DNA of 64,000 nucleotides from a virus (taxonomy: Duplodnaviria > Caudoviricetes): positions 160,001-224,000 of the IMG/VR virus record IMGVR_UViG_2595698902_000001. One strand, 5' to 3'. Under the pieces are notes generated by a model, which was given only the letters and a program-made list of their open reading frames with translations, searched no databases and was not told where the DNA came from. Position 1 is the first letter of the stretch, and every line of letters begins with the position of its first letter. Positions 9,860-17,369 of this stretch are shown here, piece by piece. A program made the position numbers and the translations under genes.

Positions 9860-10333
9860 ATGGCTACAGCGAGAAAACGGCGGAAACCGCCAGTAAAGAA
9901 GACTAAACCAAAAGCCGGTAAGCCTACGGCTGCAAAGAAACGTTCAGGTTCCAAAAAAGCCAAAGTTAGCCCGGTAGCATCACGGGCGCGCAAACTCGGC
10001 TTAGAATCGATGGGGTACGGTCGCTGGGGTAAGTTGGGGCGTATCACGCACCGGACTGTCGGCGGTAAACTGGTCGAAGTAAAAGACAGTAAACACAACC
10101 GTATCAAAACGAAGGAAGGTAAAGACAAAGCAAAAGGTTTGCTGTCTAAGCTGATCCTGCAATCCACGCAAAAACTGGTCAAGATTCGCATGGCGCTGAA
10201 AAAGGCCGAAGGGCGGAATGACATTGAGCAAGTCAAGCATCTGAAAGCGTTGCTTGAAAAGACAAAGAAAGACACGACCAAAGCCCGCGAGCGTGCAGCT
10301 CAAGTGCATGGCCGTACAAGAAAGGCAGCATAA
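9860..10333 (+). CDS. Highly basic, histone-H1-like putative DNA-binding or condensing protein
   Basis: RBS GGAGA; MATARKRRKPPVKKTKPKAGKPTAAKKRSG...; contains ARKLGLESMGYGRWGK. Confidence 0.7.
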   Translation: MATARKRRKPPVKKTKPKAGKPTAAKKRSGSKKAKVSPVASRARKLGLESMGYGRWGKLGRITHRTVGGKLVEVKDSKHNRIKTKEGKDKAKGLLSKLILQSTQKLVKIRMALKKAEGRNDIEQVKHLKALLEKTKKDTTKARERAAQVHGRTRKAA

Positions 10334-10373
10334 AAAAAGCCCCCGCATCCACAAAAGGACCGGGGGCTTTTTT
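10332..10373. terminator. Bidirectional Rho-independent terminator at a convergent junction
   Basis: A7-GCCCCCG-15 nt-CGGGGGC-T6 between two convergent stop codons. Confidence 0.9.
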
Positions 10374-10375
10374 AT

Positions 10376-10897
10376 TTACATTGCGTATTCCACGATATCG
10401 AACTCTTTGACGCTTGCCAGATCGGTGCGCTGCAAACGATTAACCATAATGTGATTAAACACCGCTGGAGTGACGCGCACGTCGCAGTTGAAATCACCTT
10501 TAACATGCGTGATACGAACCAAGCTTGCTTTCGGCAGTGCCTGCTGAATCAAATTCGCGCCACCGATTACCCACGCAATATCCGATTCAAAACGGCGATG
10601 GCTGCTGTGAATCAAATACTCAGCGATTTTCAACGCAGTATCAAAACTCTCAGCCAGCCAAACGTCGGCGCCTTCCTCCATGTCAATTTGCTTTGGATTA
10701 GAGCTGACAACGATATGCGGGCGACCGGGCAGCGTTTTGCAGCCCAGCGATTCCCACGTTTTACGACCGAGGATAATCGGCTTGCCGTAAGTTGCAGCCT
10801 TGAAATGCTTCAACTCTTCTGGAAAGTGCCACGGCATAGTATTGTCGCGCCCGATACCGCCTGCTTCGTCACACGCAAAAATAATTCCCAGTTTCAT
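10376..10897 (-). CDS. folA: Dihydrofolate reductase
   Basis: GIGRDNTMPWHFPEELKHFKAAT, IILGRKTWESL, LPGRPHIVVS and VIGGA motifs. Confidence 0.95.
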   Translation of the reverse strand: MKLGIIFACDEAGGIGRDNTMPWHFPEELKHFKAATYGKPIILGRKTWESLGCKTLPGRPHIVVSSNPKQIDMEEGADVWLAESFDTALKIAEYLIHSSHRRFESDIAWVIGGANLIQQALPKASLVRITHVKGDFNCDVRVTPAVFNHIMVNRLQRTDLASVKEFDIVEYAM

Positions 10898-11175
10898 AGC
10901 AATTCCATGTTGATATGACAGACCAGAACGTCGCCAGCGTATTGACTGGCGGGCTTGCGCACGCGCACATAAACCATGCCGGATTTCAGCGGGGCACTGA
11001 CTTTCGGTTTCGTGAAATTGGAAGAAACTTCACGCTTGAAAGCTGCAATGCCTTTCTCGCTGCCACTGACTTCGACAGTGTACACCTTGGGCGCATTGCA
11101 GAACTCGGTAAGCATGGTGATTAGTGCGTCACGCGCCTTTTCTTTGGCGTTGGGCGCGTATTCAATTCCACTCAT
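10894..11175 (-). CDS. Hypothetical protein
   Basis: Overlap-coupled within the minus-strand operon. Confidence 0.65.
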   Translation of the reverse strand: MSGIEYAPNAKEKARDALITMLTEFCNAPKVYTVEVSGSEKGIAAFKREVSSNFTKPKVSAPLKSGMVYVRVRKPASQYAGDVLVCHINMELL

Positions 11176-11471
11176 TTTTTCGCTTTCCGTTTCGGCACGT
11201 CAATGTAGGAAGTTTCCCAGTAGCCACTGATTCGATTGTAACCAGCAGGCACGCCGTCATCCAGCACAATGCGATTTTCCAAAGTGTCAAAACCGAGCAA
11301 GGAATCGTAGAACTTTTTCTTGTCGGCGCTGACGTGTGGCGCGCAGTTGGTAATGATGATTTCCCTAACATCAGGGTCGTCGTGCGATACCAGCAAACCC
11401 TTACTCAACCACTCCGAAAAACCAAAAGGCAATGCGCGCTTTGTTTTGTCGCAGAGTAGGAAAAGTTTCAC
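11172..11471 (-). CDS. Hypothetical protein
   Basis: Overlap-coupled within the operon. Confidence 0.65.
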   Translation of the reverse strand: MKLFLLCDKTKRALPFGFSEWLSKGLLVSHDDPDVREIIITNCAPHVSADKKKFYDSLLGFDTLENRIVLDDGVPAGYNRISGYWETSYIDVPKRKAKK

Positions 11472-11800
11472 TTGTAGCGCTCCAGAATTTCGTAACCGCG
11501 AATGGACATGGCAGTAATCACACGAACCGGGGCACCAGACTTGAAATCCAGACGCGGCGAGAACATGGGCAGGCCGTTGAAATAGCCGAGGTGGCCGGGC
11601 GCTTTGGAATCAGCCACAAAGTAAACGTGATCTTTCATTTCCTTCAACATACCGTTGGTGTCGGAAACCACGATAGCCTTGGCGCCCTTGAACAGCTCTT
11701 CCCACTTTTCAGCGGACGGCATTTTGTGAACTTGTGTCCACGCGTTGGTGTGCTGGTAAATCAGGTCGGAAACAACGTTTGCGTCGAGTGCATTTTGCAT
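11468..11800 (-). CDS. Hypothetical protein (possible capsid-fold fragment)
   Basis: RBS GGAG and strong codon bias; AIVVS...GHLGYFNGLPMFS. Confidence 0.7.
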   Translation of the reverse strand: MQNALDANVVSDLIYQHTNAWTQVHKMPSAEKWEELFKGAKAIVVSDTNGMLKEMKDHVYFVADSKAPGHLGYFNGLPMFSPRLDFKSGAPVRVITAMSIRGYEILERYK

Positions 11801-11830
11801 GGTAATTACTCCGTTTGGTCAGTGTTGCGT

Positions 11831-12550
11831 TTAGTGTTTTGGTGCAATCCAGATTTCGCGGTGGAATGCGATTGGTTCGTCGGATTTACACAGCGCCGGA
11901 TGCAGACGGGAATCTGTGTATATCTCTACTTTACCATTTACAGTATTAAGCGTGCCGACGTAACCATTCATACTGCGCTCAGGAACGGCCTCGAAAGTAA
12001 ACATGCGACGTTCGACTTCACCGCTTACCAGTTTGGCGTCAAGGTCAGCAATAAAATCGGTGATATATTCACACGGAATGCTGATCGCTTTGACCAGCGT
12101 GAGATACGGCATCATGCCAGCCATCAGGCCATCGTAGGTCAGCGTTGCAGGCGACCACGTATAAGCGCGTTTTTCTTTCATGCCAAGGTATGGGCAACGC
12201 GACAATTCCAATTCGCGGACGTAAGCGCCTGTGAATTGACCGAACAGAACCGGGGCGCCTACTGGGTATTTGTCGGCAGAATAAATATCCGAGAAAATGT
12301 CAGTTCCCAAGTAGGTAGCCATGTAGCCGCCCGCTGTGTTTTCTGGCGTCATTTCTGCAAACTGGAAACCGTGGAATTGCCCAGCCCATTTTGCGACTAA
12401 GCCCCACTGGGTATCCGGCACCAGAACGTAGGCGGCATCGGGCGCCATGAGCCGGAATTGTTCCATAGCTTCAACGGAATCGTTCAGGAATAACGTTTTC
12501 CCGTCACGCGGCAAATCGCGGAAATTGAAACGGTCCTCAATCCTTTTCAT
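11831..12550 (-). CDS. Hypothetical protein (possible duplicated capsid-fold fragment)
   Basis: Two similar segments: YMATYLGTDIFSD and YVGTLNTVNGKVEIYTDSRLHP. Confidence 0.7.
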   Translation of the reverse strand: MKRIEDRFNFRDLPRDGKTLFLNDSVEAMEQFRLMAPDAAYVLVPDTQWGLVAKWAGQFHGFQFAEMTPENTAGGYMATYLGTDIFSDIYSADKYPVGAPVLFGQFTGAYVRELELSRCPYLGMKEKRAYTWSPATLTYDGLMAGMMPYLTLVKAISIPCEYITDFIADLDAKLVSGEVERRMFTFEAVPERSMNGYVGTLNTVNGKVEIYTDSRLHPALCKSDEPIAFHREIWIAPKH

Positions 12551-13002
12551 TGCTCCACCTTCACCAGAACTTCTGCCGCGTAAACGCCGGTAGTCATGGG
12601 GCCTACCAGCCCGCCGTTATCCGGGTGCGAATCGTAGGTTTCGCCGTTGTAGTAAATAACCGAATGATTTGTGCCGCGAACCGAGGTGCCAGAAAGCATG
12701 ATCGGAACGTCGATTTGAAAACTGAGATATTCCTTCACCACATCCCAGTCACCGACCAGCGTAACGCTAAACAAAACGTAGCCTTGCTCTTTCAGATAGG
12801 CACGCATCCGGTTAATGCAGGCGGCACCTTCAACGTCGGAATATTCCGGCTTGAAAGTCAGGCCTTCCGCAAAGTGCGGAACTTCCTCGACCGTTGGTTT
12901 GCATAGCAGGCTGGCTACCACGGTGCGCATACAATCGCCGTTCTGGTGCGGCGGGTTATGTTTGATAGTTTGTTTGTGGTGAATAAACGGCAGATTTTCC
13001 AT
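12547..13002 (-). CDS. Putative papain/C39-like Cys peptidase-fold protein
   Basis: Q...GDCMRTVVASLL...HSVIY...YDSHP gives Q-C-H-D order. Start placed at MENLPF. Confidence 0.5.
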   Translation of the reverse strand: MENLPFIHHKQTIKHNPPHQNGDCMRTVVASLLCKPTVEEVPHFAEGLTFKPEYSDVEGAACINRMRAYLKEQGYVLFSVTLVGDWDVVKEYLSFQIDVPIMLSGTSVRGTNHSVIYYNGETYDSHPDNGGLVGPMTTGVYAAEVLVKVEQ

Positions 13003-13010
13003 GTCAGTTC

Positions 13011-13439
13011 TCACAAGAAATAGTCGGACAAACGCGCTTGGGATTGCGCCATGCACATGCTGATATCGGCAGGGTCTTGCTCGCAGGACTCCAAATATTC
13101 ATCCCACTTCCACCACATGTTATCTACAAACGCTTTCGGACTGCCACGATCCACATAGCGTTTGTTGTAGTCGAATTTCAGGTCGCGCTTCGGGTAGAAA
13201 AGTGCGTATTTCATTCCGGCATCTTGCAGCGCTTTACGCAGCTGCGGCCACGTCGGCACCAGCACAGTAACGCCGGGGATTTTCAATGCTTCGCGGATTT
13301 GCTCCAGATACGGTCCCATGTCGCTTTTGTATTCGGGAAAATCCACGTCCACAAACGCGTAGCTTTGCTGGGCCAGCATGGATTTGCCGGTGCCCGGAAA
13401 TGCGCTAACGATCCGTGTATCGAGCGGCAGCTTTGACAT
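13011..13439 (-). CDS. Small P-loop (nucleotide-kinase-like) protein
   Basis: IVSAFPGTGKS Walker A and RYVDRGS lid. Start placed at MSKLPLD. Confidence 0.75.
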   Translation of the reverse strand: MSKLPLDTRIVSAFPGTGKSMLAQQSYAFVDVDFPEYKSDMGPYLEQIREALKIPGVTVLVPTWPQLRKALQDAGMKYALFYPKRDLKFDYNKRYVDRGSPKAFVDNMWWKWDEYLESCEQDPADISMCMAQSQARLSDYFL

Positions 13440-13440
13440 T

Positions 13441-13851
13441 TTATTTTCCAGTGATCGCATCGTTGAGTTTGATTTCTTCGCCGTCCGCCATTTTGCGGCT
13501 GAACAGTTCCATAGTGTAGCCAACGGTGCCGAACAAATCGGTGCCTGCATATTCCTCGGTATCGCGCACGAATTTATGCGCTTCGTCCTGCACCTCCTCC
13601 CACCAGAACAACCAGCAGCCAGTGGTCCCGGCGTCGATCATGTCGCTGATCTTTTGCAAGGTTTCGCGGGTGTGGTAAGCCTTCGGGTTATTGTGGCCGA
13701 GAATCTTTGCATCGAAATTCACATACGTGTTGAATTCCGGCAGGAAGTTGAAACCGGTATTGGTAAGCCAGCCGTGCTCATTTTCCAGCACTTCCAGCCA
13801 CGAGAAAATGTCACCTTCAAACTGCGAAAAATTCGGTACTTTCGGTTCCAT
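13441..13851 (-). CDS. Hypothetical acidic protein
   Basis: Fills the gap between thyA and the kinase gene with tight spacing. Confidence 0.65.
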   Translation of the reverse strand: MEPKVPNFSQFEGDIFSWLEVLENEHGWLTNTGFNFLPEFNTYVNFDAKILGHNNPKAYHTRETLQKISDMIDAGTTGCWLFWWEEVQDEAHKFVRDTEEYAGTDLFGTVGYTMELFSRKMADGEEIKLNDAITGK

Positions 13852-13853
13852 TA

Positions 13854-15134
13854 TTAGTTACCTGCGATAGGGGCTTTGATGGTTTCGTAAGATTCGTAGC
13901 CAACCAGATTAACGTCTTCCAGCTGGATATCCAGAATCGAGTTAACCGGACCGCTTTTGATTTCCAGTTTCGGCGATTTGTAGATGATCGGGCGGCTCAG
14001 CTGTTCGCGTACCTGCTCGACGTGGTTGGAATAAATGTGCGCATCGCCGATGGTAATGTGCATATTGCGAGCCTGCAAATCGTGTGCGTGGGCCAGCATT
14101 TCGGTAAGCATTGCGTACTGGGCAACGTTGAACGGCGCGCCCAAGAACATGTCATTGGAACGCATGTACAGCTTGCAATCCAAATAGTATTTTCCGTTCC
14201 CGTTTTTGTTGCTGCTAACGTACCACTGCGCCAGCGTATGGCAGGGCGGCAAACTCATTTCATCCAGCTGCGCAACGTTCCAGCCGGTCAGGATAATGCG
14301 ACGGCCCGCGCTGTGTTTTTCGATTTCGCCATTGTGGAAACGGATTTCGTTTTTGATCGCCTCTTCGACCGCTGCAATCTGGTCAACTTTGCGGCCAATG
14401 GCGATTTCCCAACCGTTAAACATTTTGCCGATAACGGAGTAACCTTTTGCAGCCCAGCCGTCTGGATCGGCACGCCAATCAGCGCTGTCGATAATACGTA
14501 TATCGTCCCATTCGCGCCACTGTTTCCCGTAGATCGGGCCAAGGTCGCCGCCGCTCAGTGCGCGTTCTGGAATGCCCCAGTTATTTAGCTGCAAATCCAG
14601 CTGTGCCCATTGCTCTTCGGTCGCTTTGTCCGTATCCAGAATGAAACCCACACCGGCCTCGATATTTTCAGGCAGCGCGTTTTCATTAACCGTAGACGGC
14701 ACGCCGATATCCCGCAGGAACTGTCGAGCTTTCATGCGTTGGCCGGACGTGCCCAAAAGCATACGCTCTTTTGCGTGCAGTTTTCTGCCTTCGTAAACTT
14801 CGGTGCCCGGTTTTACGTTCTGGTCCCAAATGTTTACGTTGATATCCTTCAACGTTTTCAGATCAGATTTGCCTTCCAGCATCCACTTAATCGTTTCCTT
14901 TTTCATGGTAACGAAGCGCAGAATTTTGGCAGTGATCGCCGGGAAGCCGTCGCGCAAATCCAGCGAGTAATTGACCGAACCGAACACGCTAATGGTTCCA
15001 GTTTTGGTGCGGTCATTGCGCACTTCGCCATGATCCAGAATGTGCTTGAGCACGCCCCGGAATTCAAAATCAAACGTGTTGTCTTCGTAGAAAACACGGT
15101 CCTCTGACGAACGAACCAAACCTGCGTAGAACAT
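13854..15134 (-). CDS. thyA: Thymidylate synthase with large insertions
   Basis: NDRTKTGT, GDLGPIYGKQWR, RRIILTGWN, LPPCH, YMRSNDMFLGAPFN and GDAHIYSNH. Confidence 0.95.
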   Translation of the reverse strand: MFYAGLVRSSEDRVFYEDNTFDFEFRGVLKHILDHGEVRNDRTKTGTISVFGSVNYSLDLRDGFPAITAKILRFVTMKKETIKWMLEGKSDLKTLKDINVNIWDQNVKPGTEVYEGRKLHAKERMLLGTSGQRMKARQFLRDIGVPSTVNENALPENIEAGVGFILDTDKATEEQWAQLDLQLNNWGIPERALSGGDLGPIYGKQWREWDDIRIIDSADWRADPDGWAAKGYSVIGKMFNGWEIAIGRKVDQIAAVEEAIKNEIRFHNGEIEKHSAGRRIILTGWNVAQLDEMSLPPCHTLAQWYVSSNKNGNGKYYLDCKLYMRSNDMFLGAPFNVAQYAMLTEMLAHAHDLQARNMHITIGDAHIYSNHVEQVREQLSRPIIYKSPKLEIKSGPVNSILDIQLEDVNLVGYESYETIKAPIAGN

Positions 15135-15183
15135 GTTAATGCCTCATTTACGTGGATTAAACAGGATAAATCACTGCATTGGT

Positions 15184-15190
15184 TAATTTA
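15184..15190 (+). promoter_or_regulatory. Candidate late promoter motif TAATTTA
   Basis: The same motif recurs upstream of structural genes at 22069, 30007, 40092 and 50971, with a variant at 5732. Confidence 0.5.
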
Positions 15191-15202
15191 TCGGTATATC
15201 AC

Positions 15203-15213
15203 ATATTTACAGT
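15203..15213 (-). promoter_or_regulatory. Candidate phage promoter motif ACTGTAAATAT upstream of thyA
   Basis: The identical 11-mer occurs at 58594-58604 and 58811-58821, both upstream of minus-strand genes. Confidence 0.6.
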
Positions 15214-15228
15214 ATTGGAGTGCCTGCG

Positions 15229-15522
15229 ATGGGTATGCCCAACATTCGACTAAAGATCGACAAATCCACTGGTCACGGCTGTTTCCCGCCGTCGCTGCCG
15301 GTCGCTGCGTCGATGAACGTTTTCTGCAATGGAATTCCAGAGGTGCGGGTAGGCGATGCGTACATGACGCACTGTTGCCCGTCGAAAGGTTGCCACCAAG
15401 GCACAGCATTAACCGGTGCCACAAAAACATTCACAAATGGCCGACTTGTTCACACTGCTGGCGGCGCAATTGACTGCGGCGACGTGGCGTCCAATGGTAG
15501 CCCAAACGTCTTTTCGGGGTAA
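15229..15522 (+). CDS. PAAR spike-tip protein (T4 gp5.4-like)
   Basis: GHGCFPP...NVFCNGIPEVRVGD...H...CGD...GSPNVF; RBS GGAG. Confidence 0.92.
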   Translation: MGMPNIRLKIDKSTGHGCFPPSLPVAASMNVFCNGIPEVRVGDAYMTHCCPSKGCHQGTALTGATKTFTNGRLVHTAGGAIDCGDVASNGSPNVFSG

Positions 15523-15525
15523 CAA

Positions 15526-15915
15526 ATGGTAGAGCGTTCGACGTATCTTTTTTCAGACATTAGCCTAGAGCCAAACCAAACCCAAAGCGCGCTGGTCTAC
15601 GACACCGATGCAATCAATCAAAACCTTTTGATGATTTTCCTGTCGCCTCCGCGTACTGCATGGTTTGATCCCATGATCGGCTCGCTGATCCTCACATTCC
15701 TTTTCGATCCGGTGGATGATTTTCAGGCGGATAAAATTCGCGACGAAATTATGTCGGTACTCCCACGCAATGGCGAAACACGGGTGATCATTACCGGCTG
15801 TGTGGTGGCTCCAATCCCCGACGATCAAATCTACTACGTGAGCATTCAATACGACGTTCCGCAGCTGAATGCCAAGGACGTTGTTTTCAATTTTAACTTG
15901 GGCAGAAACCTATGA
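15526..15915 (+). CDS. Baseplate wedge/sheath initiator (T4 gp25-like)
   Basis: DAINQNLLMIFLSPP...FDPMIGSLILTFLFDP...ETRV; follows the PAAR gene. Confidence 0.85.
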   Translation: MVERSTYLFSDISLEPNQTQSALVYDTDAINQNLLMIFLSPPRTAWFDPMIGSLILTFLFDPVDDFQADKIRDEIMSVLPRNGETRVIITGCVVAPIPDDQIYYVSIQYDVPQLNAKDVVFNFNLGRNL

Positions 15916-17369
15916 CGGACCGTTTCGATTTTCCTACTTCCATCACGGACATTGACGAGGCCGTTGGTTTCTTCCGCGAAAAGCTGAAAGAAACCGGTAC
16001 TTGGGATGACATGTTGCCCACCAACGTCGGCGCATTTATCACACGTATTTTTGGTGGTATGTCGGTAAGCCACCAGCATTCGATTTTGATGGGTGCGCGG
16101 AACGCCTATTTCAAAACCGCAAATCGCGATTCGTCGGTTTACGCACTGACTCGCGGCCAAGGCGTTTTCATTGAACGTCGCAATGGCGCCAGCGCAACTG
16201 TGCGTATGCGTAACGGTGCAAATTCCGCTGTTTTTGTTGCGCCTTACCGCCAGCATTTCGTGGACAAAGTTCCGTTCTACAATCCGCAACAATACTACGT
16301 GATCGCCGGGGAAACTCAGGACGTTATCCTTACCCAAGGTCTGGTGAAAACCAAAACGTTCGACCTCGACACAATCACCAATTTGCAGTTGCATGAATTC
16401 CTGCTGGACGAACCGGGCTTTAACGTTAGCAATGATTTGTACGTTTACACCACGGACAAAAACACCGGTAATACCCAGCTTTGGGAAGCCACTGATCGCG
16501 GCATGTTTGAGCACACTGCTGACGACCGTGTTTATTACCACATGACCACGGCTAACGGTGACGCTTCGTTGGTATTTGGAACGGGTGAATACGGCGCACG
16601 CTTGCCTGCCCGTGCAACCATGACCGTTCGTTACGTTGTAAACGAAGGCACGCGTCACAATTCTATGCTGCCGGGTGTGCGTTCGGTCTATTCGGAAAAC
16701 CCACTTATTCAAGGCGAAACGCTGGAAACTACAGCGGGCGGTGCTGATCCAAAAGAGGCGTCTTTTTATCGCCAATATTCTCCCGTGCTTTATCGCTCGC
16801 GGGATAAGTGGATTAGTCAGGAAGAAATCAAAGCGGGCGTGCGTTCTTATCCGGGCGTTGCGGACTGTGCGGTACTGGGCCAGCGTGATATTGCCCCTGA
16901 TGATAAAACGTGGATGAACACAATTCGGATTTGTGTGCTGCCCGTGAATACCGATACTTGGGGCGGTGGCGATATCAACCCGAAGTCGGCCAGCTGGCAA
17001 CAATTCCTGAAATGGCTTATGCCACATTTGCACGGCTCCATAGAAGTGCAGACGTGGAATCCGACCAAGGTATTTATCAAGGTTCACGTTGCCGTTGCGC
17101 TCTTCGAGTGGGCAGCAAACGACAGCGATAAAATTAAACAGACGATCAATGAAAACATCCTAAAGCTTTTCCGCAAACGGCCCGATATTCTCAACCGTCG
17201 CGTGTCCCGTTCGGATATTGAAAAAGCTTGCCGGGTGAATGGCGTAGACTATATCGAAGTGCTTAGCCCGCTTGAGCGTTCAATCGTTTTGAACGACCCG
17301 ACTTCGTATTGTGTGCTGGCAGAAACGCCGCTCATTGATATCACACTTTCGGAACGCGTAGATGAATAA
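15912..17369 (+). CDS. Baseplate wedge protein (T4 gp6/P2 J-like)
   Basis: YFKTANRDSSVY, LVFGTGEYG and AGGADPKE motifs; gene order. Confidence 0.85.
   Translation: MTDRFDFPTSITDIDEAVGFFREKLKETGTWDDMLPTNVGAFITRIFGGMSVSHQHSILMGARNAYFKTANRDSSVYALTRGQGVFIERRNGASATVRMRNGANSAVFVAPYRQHFVDKVPFYNPQQYYVIAGETQDVILTQGLVKTKTFDLDTITNLQLHEFLLDEPGFNVSNDLYVYTTDKNTGNTQLWEATDRGMFEHTADDRVYYHMTTANGDASLVFGTGEYGARLPARATMTVRYVVNEGTRHNSMLPGVRSVYSENPLIQGETLETTAGGADPKEASFYRQYSPVLYRSRDKWISQEEIKAGVRSYPGVADCAVLGQRDIAPDDKTWMNTIRICVLPVNTDTWGGGDINPKSASWQQFLKWLMPHLHGSIEVQTWNPTKVFIKVHVAVALFEWAANDSDKIKQTINENILKLFRKRPDILNRRVSRSDIEKACRVNGVDYIEVLSPLERSIVLNDPTSYCVLAETPLIDITLSERVDE

Noticed and set aside
14550-14830. Intein or intron in thyA
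   Set aside because: The frame is continuous, with no Cys/Ser start or His-Asn end and no endonuclease motifs.
13854-15134. dCMP hydroxymethylase (modified-base pathway)
   Set aside because: It retains the Asn in GAPFN typical of dUMP-specific ThyA and is linked to DHFR.
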